From positions 402,471 to 466,470 of the forward strand of contig JAQUOT010000001.1 in assembly GCA_028716945.1 (NCBI GenBank): 64,000 nt of DNA, written 5' to 3'. How positions within the stretch are numbered: position 1 is the first letter of the stretch; every line of letters begins with the position of its first letter. Made by a program: the position numbers and the translations under genes. The notes under the pieces are model-generated. The model was not told the DNA's origin, did no database searches, and saw only the letters and a program-made list of their open reading frames with translations. This document shows, one piece after another, positions 8,550 to 18,236 of this stretch. The stretch comes from Candidatus Nanoarchaeia archaeon (lineage in GTDB: Archaea; Nanobdellota; Nanobdellia; SCGC-AAA011-G17; JAFCDX01).

Positions 8550-9635
8550 TTAATCTAAGAATTCTATACCTAATTCTTCTTCTATTTCTTTCTTTTTGCG
8601 TGTTTGAATAGATCTTTTAGGACCAAAAATTTGTGGACTCGAAACACCTGTAATTATCAACATTGTTCTTATGGTTTTATCCAAATCTTCTGAAATTTGA
8701 GCTCCCCATATGATTCTTGCATCTTCGTCTAGTTTTTCTGAGATACTTTCCACTATTTTTCTTGCTTCATCTAGAGTAAAGTCTGGTCCTCCAGTAATAT
8801 TTACTAAAGCACCTTCTGCACCAGAAATTTCAACATCTAGTAAAGGATTGTTTAATGCCTTTTCTACAGATTCAAGAGCTCTATTATCAGTATCAGACTC
8901 TCCTAGGCCTATTACTGCAACTCCACCTTTACCCATTACAGTTCTTATATCTGCAAAGTCAAGATTAACTAGGCCTGCTTTAGTTACAAGCTCTGTAATA
9001 CCTTTAACAGCATTGGTTAAGATTTCATCTGCAACTTTGAATGCGGTTTGTAATGGTAAATCAGGAGCTAACTCCAATAATTTATCGTTAGGAATAACAA
9101 TTAAAGTATCAACAATATTTTCTAATTTTTCTAAACCCATAACAGCATTTTCATATCTTCTTTGTCCTTCCATTGAGAAAGGTAAAGTAACAATAGCAAC
9201 AGTGAGTATACCCATTTTTTTAGCAATATCAGCAACAACAGGAGCACTTCCAGTACCAGTTCCTCCACCTAAACCACAAGTAATGAAAACCATATCGGCT
9301 CCTTGTAATGATTGTTTTATATCATGTTCAGATTCACGTGCAGCTTCTTCTCCAACTTGTGGAATACTTCCTGCACCCAATCCACCTGTTAACTCTTTCC
9401 CGATTAGAATTTTTACATCAGCATTTGTGTATAATAAATCTTGAGCATCAGTATTAAGAACAATAGTTTCAGCACCAACAATACCTACTTCATTAATTCT
9501 TGCAACAGTATTGTTACCTCCACCACCACATCCAATAACTTTGATTTTAGTTTTTTGAGCACTAACTAGCTTTTCAAGCTCTTCATCTACTGCAGAAGTC
9601 TTAACGTTAGTCCCAATGTTAACTTTGTAAGCCAT
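8550..9635 (-). CDS. ftsZ: cell division GTPase FtsZ
   Basis: Tubulin signature GGGTGTG ([14 protein letters not shown]), T7 loop, [13 protein letters not shown]-terminal GTP-binding segment; 361 aa. Confidence 0.9.
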   Translation of the reverse strand: MAYKVNIGTNVKTSAVDEELEKLVSAQKTKIKVIGCGGGGNNTVARINEVGIVGAETIVLNTDAQDLLYTNADVKILIGKELTGGLGAGSIPQVGEEAARESEHDIKQSLQGADMVFITCGLGGGTGTGSAPVVADIAKKMGILTVAIVTLPFSMEGQRRYENAVMGLEKLENIVDTLIVIPNDKLLELAPDLPLQTAFKVADEILTNAVKGITELVTKAGLVNLDFADIRTVMGKGGVAVIGLGESDTDNRALESVEKALNNPLLDVEISGAEGALVNITGGPDFTLDEARKIVESISEKLDEDARIIWGAQISEDLDKTIRTMLIITGVSSPQIFGPKRSIQTRKKKEIEEELGIEFLD

Positions 9636-9709
9636 TAATTCATCAACCCCGACTTTTTGATTATAAATTTATATTTAAACATATCTTTAGTAGAATATAT
9701 ATGTTGATT

Positions 9710-10396
9710 TTATTGTTTTTCACTAGCTTCTTTTTTTAGTAATGGTTTTATTTTTACTTCTTTGATTTCTGGAACTAATTGTTTTATTTTTTCTTCAAAA
9801 GCTTTCTTAAGAACTTCATTTTCCATGGGTGCGTGTAAATCTATCTCTGCTTTGTTATCCTTTAAATTGACTTTAAACATGTTTTCTTTGAGTCCTGTGA
9901 ACTTTAAACAAGCATCAACTTTTTCTTTTACATCATTAATTTTCTTCAAAATTTTAACTTTGTATAATAATTTCTTGCCTGCTAAAGGGTGGTTGAAATC
10001 TACAATTACACGTCCTCCAGAAACAGAACGAATAGTGCCTAACATTCCATCAAGGTTTAATTGTAATCCTGGAAAAGGTCTTATATTATTTTGTAAAAAA
10101 ACTTTCATACCAACTAATTGCAGGGCTTTTGGATTTTTATTTCCAAAACCTTCTTCTGCAGAAACTTCAAATTCATATTCTTTTCCGATTTCTTTGTCAA
10201 TTAAATTTTTATCTAAGCCTTTAATTATATTTTTTTCTCCAATACAAATAATTATTGGACCATATTTGAAATTTTTATTGTAAATATTATTCTTTTTAGC
10301 AATTTCTTCAGAAGTTAAATCAAAGATTTTTCTATCTTCTTTGATCATTCCTACATAATCTATTTCAATAAAATCTCCTTTTGTTACTTTTACCAT
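9710..10396 (-). CDS. FKBP-type peptidyl-prolyl cis-trans isomerase (archaeal long FKBP with IF domain)
   Basis: VDFNHPLAGKKLLYKVKIL and YGPIIICIGEKNIIKGLDKNLIDKEIGKE FKBP motifs; 228 aa. Confidence 0.75.
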   Translation of the reverse strand: MVKVTKGDFIEIDYVGMIKEDRKIFDLTSEEIAKKNNIYNKNFKYGPIIICIGEKNIIKGLDKNLIDKEIGKEYEFEVSAEEGFGNKNPKALQLVGMKVFLQNNIRPFPGLQLNLDGMLGTIRSVSGGRVIVDFNHPLAGKKLLYKVKILKKINDVKEKVDACLKFTGLKENMFKVNLKDNKAEIDLHAPMENEVLKKAFEEKIKQLVPEIKEVKIKPLLKKEASEKQ

Positions 10397-10470
10397 TTTA
10401 AATTCGTTATATTTTCTATTTAAATAGGTTTCTTAGCTAGAAAATTTACTTTTTAGAGTATACAAAACCT

Positions 10471-10478
10471 TTATAAAT
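10471..10478 (+). promoter_or_regulatory. TATA box (TTTATAAA), about 25 nt upstream of the aIF5A start
   Basis: TTTATAAATAAT precedes the ATG at 10500 by about 22 nt. Confidence 0.3.
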
Positions 10479-10499
10479 AATCTTTTTATAAAAATTATT

Positions 10500-10889
10500 A
10501 TGGGAGAAATAAGATTAGTTGATGCAGGGTCAATAAAAGTAGGTAATTACATCATAATAGAGGGAGTTGCTTGCATAGTAAAAAGATTAGATGTTTCTAG
10601 GCCTGGAAAGCATGGACACGCTAAATGTAGAATAGAAGCATCGGGATTAATAGATGGAACTAAGAAAATTATTGTAAAACCTTCTCATGATACTATTGAA
10701 ATTCCAATTATTGAAAAAAAAGTAGCACAAGTATTAAGTATCAGCGATAATAAAGCAACAGTGATGGATTCAGTGTCGTATGAAACATTTGATATTATTA
10801 TACCTGAAGAATTCAAAGGAAAAATAAAAGAGGGAGAAGAAGTAGGTTATTGGGTTATACTTAACGATAAAGTATTTAAACCAAAATAA
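10500..10889 (+). CDS. eif5a: translation initiation factor 5A (aIF-5A)
   Basis: Hypusine loop SRPGKHGHAKCRIE; 129 aa. Confidence 0.9.
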   Translation: MGEIRLVDAGSIKVGNYIIIEGVACIVKRLDVSRPGKHGHAKCRIEASGLIDGTKKIIVKPSHDTIEIPIIEKKVAQVLSISDNKATVMDSVSYETFDIIIPEEFKGKIKEGEEVGYWVILNDKVFKPK

Positions 10890-10893
10890 AAAA

Positions 10894-11058
10894 ATGGTAA
10901 AATTTCCAGAAGCAGCTAGAAGACTTTTTGCAGGAGTATTCGTTTGTAGAAAATGCAAATCTAAAAAAAGAGCTCCTATACAAAAGATTTTACAAGGAAA
11001 AGTAATTTGTGGAAAATGTGGTAGTAGACACTTTAGACCTATTAAAAAAGGTAAGTAA
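10894..11058 (+). CDS. rpl40e: 50S ribosomal protein L40e
   Basis: 54 aa: MVKFPEAARRLFAGVFVCRKCKSKKRAPIQKILQGKVICGKCGSRHFRPIKKGK. The C4 ribbon and FPEA start are typical of L40e. It is below the ORF-track cutoff. Confidence 0.6.
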   Translation: MVKFPEAARRLFAGVFVCRKCKSKKRAPIQKILQGKVICGKCGSRHFRPIKKGK

Positions 11059-11060
11059 GA

Positions 11061-12245
11061 ATGAATTTAGATTTATTATTCGTAATCTTGTTTTTTTTGA
11101 TATTATTAGGAATTTATTTTAAATATAAGAATAAGTTTGAAGTCCAAAGCAAGGTTTTTGTTCTATATAAAACTAAATGGGGATTAAAATTGATGGATAA
11201 ACTTGCTAGTAAATTTCCTAGATTTTTAAAATATTTAAGTTATGTTTCTGTTTTCATTGGTTTTGCTGGAATGGTATTTATATTCTATTTTTTAATTATG
11301 GGGACTTATAATTTATTATTTATACCTAAATCTCAACCTTTACTTGCACCAGTACTTCCTGGAGTTAAAGTTGCTGGTTTACCTACTTTATCTTTCTTCC
11401 ATTGGATTATTGCAATATTATTTATAGCAGGAATTCATGAATTTTTTCATGGTGTTTATGCAAGGGCTGTTGGTGTAAAAATAAAATCTTCTGGATTTGC
11501 TTTTTTAGGACCAATTTTAGCAGCTTTTGTAGAACCTGATGAAAAACAACTTGCTAAAAAGAAAAAATTTGATCAATTAGCAGTATTTTCTGCAGGTCCT
11601 TTCATTAATATTATTGCGGCATTTTTAATTTTATTATGCACTTTATATATAGTAAATCCTGTAGCTTATAATTTTGTAGAACAAACAGGAGTTCAAGTTG
11701 TTTCTTTAGTTCCAGGAAATCCTGCAGAATTATCTGGAATAAAAGTAGGAGAAGAAATTAAATTCATAAATAATTTTTCTGTAAATAATATAGATGATTT
11801 TTCTAAATCTTTAGCAAATATTAAACCAAATGAAAAAATAATAATACAAACTTTAAATTCGACTTATACTTTAACTACAACACAAAATCCAAAAAATTCT
11901 AAAGAAGGATATTTAGGAATTTCTGTTTCAGCAAATAAAGTTGTTGCAAAAGGAAATTATGGAAATGTAACTGTTTTAATCTTAAATTGGATAATGAAAT
12001 TATTTTTCTGGTTGTATGCAATTAGTTTGGGTGTTGGATTATTTAATTTATTGCCTCTTGGTCCCGTCGATGGAGGAAGAATGTTCAATACAGGAATTTT
12101 ATATTTTATAAAAAATAAAAAGATAGCAAGAAAAGTTTATATTACTACAAGTTTATTTTGTTTATTATTAATTTTTATTAATTTATTTCCTTATTTAATA
12201 AAACTTCTTTTGTTTATAGTAAAACCAATTTTATTTTTAATTTAA
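11061..12245 (+). CDS. site-2 protease family (M50) membrane metalloprotease with PDZ domain
   Basis: HEFFHGVYARAVG is an HExxH in a TM helix; a PDZ-like segment VVSLVPGNPAELSGIKVGEEI is present; LLPLGPVDGGRMF is the LDG motif; 394 aa, multi-TM. Confidence 0.7.
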   Translation: MNLDLLFVILFFLILLGIYFKYKNKFEVQSKVFVLYKTKWGLKLMDKLASKFPRFLKYLSYVSVFIGFAGMVFIFYFLIMGTYNLLFIPKSQPLLAPVLPGVKVAGLPTLSFFHWIIAILFIAGIHEFFHGVYARAVGVKIKSSGFAFLGPILAAFVEPDEKQLAKKKKFDQLAVFSAGPFINIIAAFLILLCTLYIVNPVAYNFVEQTGVQVVSLVPGNPAELSGIKVGEEIKFINNFSVNNIDDFSKSLANIKPNEKIIIQTLNSTYTLTTTQNPKNSKEGYLGISVSANKVVAKGNYGNVTVLILNWIMKLFFWLYAISLGVGLFNLLPLGPVDGGRMFNTGILYFIKNKKIARKVYITTSLFCLLLIFINLFPYLIKLLLFIVKPILFLI

Positions 12246-12393
12246 TTCTCCGACGGATAAAAATTTCTTAAATTTTTACAAAAATTAAATTTTTCCTCAA
12301 AAAATGCAAAATAGAAACATATTTAAATGATTTTATACAACAATATAATATAAGTTTTTAAAATTTGTTTGGGAAAAGAGGTGAAAAAAACAA

Positions 12394-12462
12394 ATGGCAA
12401 AAAGAAAAAAGGCAAAGAAAAGAAGTGCTAAAAAATCTAGCAAAAAGAAAAAGAGAAGATAA
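12394..12462 (+). CDS. tiny highly basic ORF (22 aa, MAKRKKAKKRSAKKSSKKKKRR), possibly ribosomal L41e-like
   Basis: Preceded by GAGGTG about 8 nt upstream. The composition resembles L41e-type basic micro-proteins. This is speculative. Confidence 0.25.
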   Translation: MAKRKKAKKRSAKKSSKKKKRR

Positions 12463-12485
12463 TTTTTTATTTTCTTTTTCTTTTT

Positions 12486-13091
12486 TTATATTATGATTAT
12501 TTGTCCTGGACTTCCTGTGTTTATTATCAGTGAAGTTCCAATTTTATCCATTGTTCTTGCAGTATCATGAAAATGTCCACACAAAACTAATTTTGGTTGA
12601 ATTTCCTCAATAAAATTTCTTATAGCTTTATTTCCTTGGTGTCCTAAATTAGATAAATAATCTGTTTTCGTTTTGTAAACTGGAGCATGTACAACTAAAA
12701 TTATTTTTTTATTTGGATTCTCTTTAATGTATTTTTTAAATTTTTTAGCTAGATCCTCAAAATCTTGATCTTCTATTGAAAAACCTCCTCCACCATAACC
12801 AAAAAAACAATAATCATTTATTTCATAACAGCCCCTATCTATATCTACTGCAAATTTAAATTTTTTACACAATTCATGAATTTCTTTATCAGTTTCATGA
12901 TTTCCAGGGATAATTAACATTGGAATTTTTAGATTTTCAAGAGTTTTAAAAATATCAATTATATGTCTACCAAAATCAGAAATATCTCCTGCACAAACTA
13001 AAAAATCAGGCTTTTCTTTTTTAGAAATTTCTATAATTTTTTTCAAGTCGTGTGTATTGCTGTGTAAATCTACAAATGCTAATAATTTCAT
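12486..13091 (-). CDS. calcineurin-like metallophosphoesterase
   Basis: Motifs DLH, GDISDFG, GNHE, VVHAP, GHFH; 201 aa. Confidence 0.7.
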   Translation of the reverse strand: MKLLAFVDLHSNTHDLKKIIEISKKEKPDFLVCAGDISDFGRHIIDIFKTLENLKIPMLIIPGNHETDKEIHELCKKFKFAVDIDRGCYEINDYCFFGYGGGGFSIEDQDFEDLAKKFKKYIKENPNKKIILVVHAPVYKTKTDYLSNLGHQGNKAIRNFIEEIQPKLVLCGHFHDTARTMDKIGTSLIINTGSPGQIIII

Positions 13092-13125
13092 AGAAATAAG
13101 AAAATAAAAAAGATTTAATAAGCTT

Positions 13126-13326
13126 ATGCTTCTAAGTAACCTTTCATAAATGCTGCTTCGTTAAGTCCGATGCCATCTTCTTCAAGCTTTTCATCTATAT
13201 AATCTTCAGAGTACATATCTTCTCTCATTGTAATCACCTCTTTTATCAGTAGGTAAGGTTTTAATCATATTACTGACAATTCTAGTTATTGCTTCTTGGT
13301 CCATTTCTTGTGGGATTATTCTCATT
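13126..13326 (-). CDS. two overlapping micro-ORFs (39 aa and 34 aa) behind a strong AGGAGGT ribosome-binding site; possibly one small frameshifted gene
   Basis: AAAAGGAGGTAAAAAATG precedes MRIIPQEMDQEAITRIVSNMIKTLPTDKRGDYNERRYVL. A second ORF, MREDMYSEDYIDEKLEEDGIGLNEAAFMKGYLEA, starts inside the first, after its own GGTGAT. A TTTATAA element lies about 50 nt upstream. Confidence 0.25.
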
Positions 13327-13488
13327 TTTTACCTCCTTTTTTGTTTCTAAATAGTAAAGAGAAATTTACCTTATAAACCTCACACGCACATCTCGCAAGT
13401 TGCAATTTGATGTAATATATATTTTATAGAATATACTTTTTAATTAAAAATGACTCATAAATGTCTTTAGTAAGGATTATATGAACCT

Positions 13489-14553
13489 TTAGAACTCATT
13501 TAGTTTTTTTACAGTTCCGTAAGTTACAATATTTGACTTGCCAGGACCTTCTTTATCTTTTGTAGAAATATTTCCTATTCTCTCTAATTGTTTTATTCTA
13601 TCAAAGAAAGTTCTATATGGAACTTGACCATATCTCTTTTCATAAATTTCATGTAATTCTTTAATTGATTTTCCCGAATTTTCTTTTACTAAAGAAAGAG
13701 TTATTTTTTGATCTTCTGTTAATTCTGTAGAATCTTTTAATTTGTAAGCTTTTAAATTTTCTATTATTTTAGTAGCATGCTCATTCTTAATTTTTTTAGA
13801 AGATGTATTCTCAGCCAAAACTCCTGCTTCTTTCATTAAATGTAATCCTGTTCTTATATCTTTTAATTCATAAGATTTTTTTACTATATTTTCAAAAGCT
13901 ACTTCTTCCCAAACATTTTTAGCGAATGCAAAATCTCTTCTTTCTTTCAATATACTTTTAGTTTCTTCAAAATTGTAAGGTCTGAATACTAAAGCATCTA
14001 ATAATAATCTTGATTTTATTCTAGGGTCTAATTCAGAGATATAATTTTCGTCGTTAGTAATTAAAATAATTGATTTTTTATTTATTTCTTCAAATAAATT
14101 ATAAATTACTCCAGGTTCTTGTAATTTATCTGCTTCATCAAATACAAAAACGGCAGCTTTTTTATTAATTATTGCTGCAACATTATTCATTAATTCATCT
14201 GTTTTTTTGTTGTGCGTGAAAGTATAACCTAGCTGTTCACAAATATAATTTACAATTTTAAAACTGGTATCATGTTTCCAACAATTTATAAAAATAGGAT
14301 AAATATCATTGGTTTCTTGTTTTAATTCTCTGAGAACCCATTTAATTGCAGCAGTTTTTCCTATTCCTGGTTTTCCTGTTATAAATAAATTTCTTCCACT
14401 TCTTTCTTGTAATAATGGTTTAATGCAAGTTGCAACATACTGTTGTTCGTTTTCTCTATGTTTTAGAACTTTTGGAATATAATCAAAATCTAGTGCAATT
14501 TCATCTAAGAATAAACTCTCGTCTCCCTTTAAGATATTATCAAACAACCCCAT
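13489..14553 (-). CDS. cdc6: Orc1/Cdc6 replication initiator (AAA+ plus winged helix)
   Basis: Walker A GKPGIGKT, Walker B VFVFDEAD, C-terminal winged-helix domain; 354 aa. Confidence 0.85.
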   Translation of the reverse strand: MGLFDNILKGDESLFLDEIALDFDYIPKVLKHRENEQQYVATCIKPLLQERSGRNLFITGKPGIGKTAAIKWVLRELKQETNDIYPIFINCWKHDTSFKIVNYICEQLGYTFTHNKKTDELMNNVAAIINKKAAVFVFDEADKLQEPGVIYNLFEEINKKSIILITNDENYISELDPRIKSRLLLDALVFRPYNFEETKSILKERRDFAFAKNVWEEVAFENIVKKSYELKDIRTGLHLMKEAGVLAENTSSKKIKNEHATKIIENLKAYKLKDSTELTEDQKITLSLVKENSGKSIKELHEIYEKRYGQVPYRTFFDRIKQLERIGNISTKDKEGPGKSNIVTYGTVKKLNEF

Positions 14554-14634
14554 ATTTAATTAGGTATATTTTAACTTTATAAAGATTGTTATAAAAATAA
14601 CAGATTTTATATTCTTTTCTTATATAGTTAAATT

Positions 14635-15666
14635 ATGATAGAAATAAAACCAGAAATAGTTGTATGGGAGTATACTTTAAAATGTAATTCTAAATGTCTT
14701 CATTGTGGTTCTAGTGCTGGACATTCAAGAAAAAACGAATTAACAAAAGAAGAAGATTTAGATTTAGTTGACCAAATTAAAAGAATAGGTTTTAAAAAAA
14801 TAATCTTGTCTGGGGGAGAACCTACATTAAAAAAAGATTGGATAACTGTTGCAGAAAAAATAAAAGAAAAAGAGATAGATTTAGGAATAATAAGTAATGG
14901 TCTTGCTTGGAATAAAAATACAGTTGGTGCTTTGGTTGCTTTAGAACCTTTTTCAATAGGGTTTAGTGTGGATGGAACAAAAAATTTGCATGATTATATG
15001 CGGGGAGTTCCAGGATCTTATAATAAAATTTTTAATAATATATCAACACTAAAAGAAAAAAATCAGGTTGTTTGTGCAATTACTTCTGTAAACAAATTAA
15101 ATTTAGAACAATTATCTGATATAAGAACCGCATTAGTAGTATATGGAATTGATGCTTGGCAAATACAACTAGCTTCTCCTATGGGAAGAATGTCTAAAAA
15201 TAAAAATTTAGTTCTTAACGAAAAAGAATATTATGAACTTGGAAAATTTGTTGTAGAAACAAGAGAGATGTTAAAACAAATAAATATTGGTGCAGGAGAT
15301 TGTATAGGTTATTATGGTTTTTTAGAAAGAAGGCTAAGAGATACAGAATGGCAGGGTTGTCATGCCGGATTAAAAGGATTAGGAATTGATTCTGATGGAA
15401 CAGTTAGGGGTTGTTTATCCATGAGGTCTAAGAAAGCTGTCGAAGGCAATATAAGAACAGATAGTTTAGAAAATATATGGAAAAATACAACAAAATTTAA
15501 ATATAACAGAGACTTTAATGTTAATAATTTAAAAGGCAACTGTAAAGGTTGTGAATATGGAATACAATGCAAGGGGGGCTGTCAAAGTCAATCACTAGCA
15601 TTTTTTGATGAATTTCATAAAGCACCTTATTGTCTATCTAACTATGAAAAAAATGGAAAAGAGTAA
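14635..15666 (+). CDS. radical SAM enzyme with C-terminal SPASM/twitch Cys-rich domain
   Basis: CNSKCLHCG is a CX3CX2C motif; GGEPTL; C-terminal CKGCEYGIQCKGGCQSQS; 343 aa. Confidence 0.75.
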   Translation: MIEIKPEIVVWEYTLKCNSKCLHCGSSAGHSRKNELTKEEDLDLVDQIKRIGFKKIILSGGEPTLKKDWITVAEKIKEKEIDLGIISNGLAWNKNTVGALVALEPFSIGFSVDGTKNLHDYMRGVPGSYNKIFNNISTLKEKNQVVCAITSVNKLNLEQLSDIRTALVVYGIDAWQIQLASPMGRMSKNKNLVLNEKEYYELGKFVVETREMLKQINIGAGDCIGYYGFLERRLRDTEWQGCHAGLKGLGIDSDGTVRGCLSMRSKKAVEGNIRTDSLENIWKNTTKFKYNRDFNVNNLKGNCKGCEYGIQCKGGCQSQSLAFFDEFHKAPYCLSNYEKNGKE

Positions 15667-15772
15667 AGTATAATTATATGAAGTAGACCAAGGACGTAAT
15701 CTAGTTCCTATCATCCAAACTTGTCTCGAAGAACACAAAGTTCTTATTTCTAATGGGAAAATTACTGTTCCG

Positions 15773-16708
15773 ATGTTTTTAGTACAAGAAAATGTATTTG
15801 GAAATTTATTTAATGATTTTACCCAAGTTTATTCTGAAAAAGATGGTTTTAAATTAGAACTTGCTAAAAAATTAATGGCAGATAAACAATTTTTACAAAC
15901 TTATGGTCTTTTAATTGATCCAGATTTAAAATATAGTTACGCTTTTAATAGAAAATTTGCAGATTATGATCCTAAAAATAAAAAAATTGTTTTTAAAACC
16001 TCTGAAGAAATTTTACTTAATTTAATGTCTAATTTAGAAGAAATGGCACAAGGTAAAAAAGAAAGAGGATTAGTTGAATTTCATTTTGGACTAGATCAAC
16101 AAACACGGCCTATTGATGTTGTCCCAGAGGACGATAATGATGATAATGGTGTGGGGGATTTAATTATAAAATATTCTTTAATAGGAGATAAGAATTCGCA
16201 TAAGCTTCCAAAAACTTCTAAAGCAATGCAATTAACCTTTGAAAAACCTTCTTTATTAGAAAGAATAGAATCTAATTATCGGGATGGAAGATTAATTAAA
16301 TTGAATGTGATAATTGATGGACAAGTTAAAACCGAAGATTTCTTTTTAACAGAAACCTCATATCAAACAAATACTTTTGATGATTTTATAAAAACATATG
16401 CTAATAGTATTGATAGTTTTAAAATACAAACTGCAAAGCAAGTATTTGGAGAAACAAAAAAAGAAAATGGATATGGTTTAATCTTAACAACTGATTTACA
16501 GATAATATTTGCATTTAATAAAGCGTTCGCAAATTATAATCCAGAATCAAAAACCGTCGTTTATATTCCTGCTGAAAAATTATTATTAAATTCTTTCAAA
16601 GAAAAATTTGATAAGCCTACTTTTTCTATTACCACAAAACCTTCTGGATTAGGAGGACAGGGTGGTCCATTAATAAGGTATGCTTTGATAGGTAAAAAAG
16701 AAAATTAA
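15773..16708 (+). CDS. hypothetical protein with two homologous internal repeats
   Basis: Repeat 1 (YSYAFNRKFADYDPKNKKIVFKTSEEILLNLMSN ... LIIKYSLIGDKN) aligns with repeat 2 (IIFAFNKAFANYNPESKTVVYIPAEKLLLNSFKE ... LIRYALIGKKEN). Confidence 0.45.
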   Translation: MFLVQENVFGNLFNDFTQVYSEKDGFKLELAKKLMADKQFLQTYGLLIDPDLKYSYAFNRKFADYDPKNKKIVFKTSEEILLNLMSNLEEMAQGKKERGLVEFHFGLDQQTRPIDVVPEDDNDDNGVGDLIIKYSLIGDKNSHKLPKTSKAMQLTFEKPSLLERIESNYRDGRLIKLNVIIDGQVKTEDFFLTETSYQTNTFDDFIKTYANSIDSFKIQTAKQVFGETKKENGYGLILTTDLQIIFAFNKAFANYNPESKTVVYIPAEKLLLNSFKEKFDKPTFSITTKPSGLGGQGGPLIRYALIGKKEN

Positions 16709-17058
16709 ATTTCTTCTATTCCATCCTTTGTTAGTGCAGTAAGCCTTATTCCAACTCCCAACCTCAATAAAGCAGATAGAATAGCCATATGCTCTTTTCC
16801 TATACCCGAAACCAAGTTTAAAGCAACTTCACTCTTTAATTTACCATTTAATTGATTTTGTATAGAATCTCTGAGTTCTTTAAGACCTTGATTTGAATCT
16901 GCAATTATAAATTCACAATTCTTTTTTGGATGAAAATTTTCTTTACCAAATTCATTTGTAATTAAATAGATATTTTCCCATTCTGAATCTTCTATCAATC
17001 TATTTACATGACCCCAAGTACCTTTTCCAGAACTTAGACAAGCAACTAATTGTACCAT
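16705..17058 (-). CDS. hypothetical protein
   Basis: 117 aa ORF of unknown family; contains LVACLSSGKGTWGHV. Confidence 0.35.
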   Translation of the reverse strand: MVQLVACLSSGKGTWGHVNRLIEDSEWENIYLITNEFGKENFHPKKNCEFIIADSNQGLKELRDSIQNQLNGKLKSEVALNLVSGIGKEHMAILSALLRLGVGIRLTALTKDGIEEI

Positions 17059-17169
17059 AACTAAAATTTGAAATATTTACTTATAAATCTTGTTCTTATC
17101 GAATATATATTTTGTAGTCGATTATTTAGAAAACTAAAAATATTTAAATCCTCGAGGATACCAATAATC

Positions 17170-17622
17170 ATGGTAAAAAAGAGGCTAATTGCCAAAGACA
17201 TTCCTTTTGCAGAAATTACTTTAAGAAAATACGAAAAACCAGGAAAATTACCAAAAAGAGAGTTGATAAGAAAATTATGTTTATCTTCTGGATTATTACA
17301 ACCTGGAGATTCAAGAGATATTATTGTTGATATATTATTTGTATTAACAAATTCTAAAACTGCTATAACCTCTGAAGAAATTAAATCTATGGTTATACAA
17401 ACTAGAAAAAAGAATAAATTACAACTAAAAGGGATTGCTTCTTCAAATATTAGAAGACAATTAAAGAGATTAAAAACAATGTTTTTAGTAGAAAAATACA
17501 ACGAAGGATATAGAATTACCGAAGATGAAAAATTAATTACATTATTCGAAGAAAAAATAGAAAAATATTATTTAAATTCAATAATTTCGAGAGTAAAAGA
17601 ATATTATGGAGCAATAAAATAA
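17170..17622 (+). CDS. putative winged-helix DNA-binding protein
   Basis: The internal ATG at 17170 was chosen because the longer upstream extension is hydrophobic junk. Basic/helical pattern IRRQLKRLKTMFLVEKYNEGYRITED suggests a wHTH wing. The antisense ORF 17061..17501 was rejected. Confidence 0.35.
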   Translation: MVKKRLIAKDIPFAEITLRKYEKPGKLPKRELIRKLCLSSGLLQPGDSRDIIVDILFVLTNSKTAITSEEIKSMVIQTRKKNKLQLKGIASSNIRRQLKRLKTMFLVEKYNEGYRITEDEKLITLFEEKIEKYYLNSIISRVKEYYGAIK

Positions 17623-17623
17623 A

Positions 17624-18199
17624 ATGGTAAAAGATCCTGGAGAAGATTCATATTTCTTAAGCGAATATGTTAAAAAATATGCATTTGGAAATGTTCTTGA
17701 TATGGGAACAGGTTCTGGAGTGCAATCAGAAGCAGCAAAACAAAATAAGCAAGTAAAATCTATATTGGCTGTAGATGTAGATAAAGATGCTATTCATCAT
17801 GTAAAGAAAAAAGGATTTGATGTAAGACATTCAAATTTATTTTCTAAGATAGATCCAAAAGAAAAATTTGATTTTGTAATATTCAATGCTCCGTATATGC
17901 CAGATTCTGATAAAGGTGTTAATGATAATGTAAGTTCTCTATTTAAGAATTCTGGTGGGGTTTATGGTTTTATTTTATTAGATAAATTTTTATCAGATGC
18001 AGTAAATCACTTAAATCCAAATGGAAGAGTTTTAATCGCTTGTTCTTCTTTAATTGGAGATATAGAAAAATTATTCATGAAGTATAATTTAAAATATTCT
18101 AAGCTTGGAACTAAAAAATTATTCTTTGATGAGTTTTGGGTATATATGGCTGGTTTTACAGCAGAAGATTTTCCTAATAAAGGAGATTACCCTTTCTAA
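17624..18199 (+). CDS. HemK/Mtq2-like protein (glutamine-N5) methyltransferase
   Basis: Motif I LDMGTGSGVQS and the FNAPYMP (NPPY-type) motif; 191 aa. Confidence 0.6.
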   Translation: MVKDPGEDSYFLSEYVKKYAFGNVLDMGTGSGVQSEAAKQNKQVKSILAVDVDKDAIHHVKKKGFDVRHSNLFSKIDPKEKFDFVIFNAPYMPDSDKGVNDNVSSLFKNSGGVYGFILLDKFLSDAVNHLNPNGRVLIACSSLIGDIEKLFMKYNLKYSKLGTKKLFFDEFWVYMAGFTAEDFPNKGDYPF

Positions 18200-18236
18200 A
18201 CAAACATTTAAATATTTTTTTGTATAAATTAATATT

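Noticed and set aside
8710-9444. 244-aa ORF on the plus strand inside ftsZ
   Set aside because: Antisense to a confidently identified gene; Ser/Pro-rich low-complexity translation typical of the reverse frame.
9762-10283. 173-aa plus-strand ORF inside the FKBP gene
   Set aside because: Antisense shadow ORF; no motifs.
13340-13488. Possible replication origin / ORB repeats beside cdc6
   Set aside because: No repeated ORB-like elements or inverted repeats found in either cdc6 flank; the only notable element is a TATA-like promoter for the micro-ORFs.
17061-17501. 146-aa minus-strand ORF overlapping the putative wHTH gene
   Set aside because: Hydrophobic low-complexity product; the plus-strand frame has a more protein-like composition and operon context with the downstream methyltransferase.
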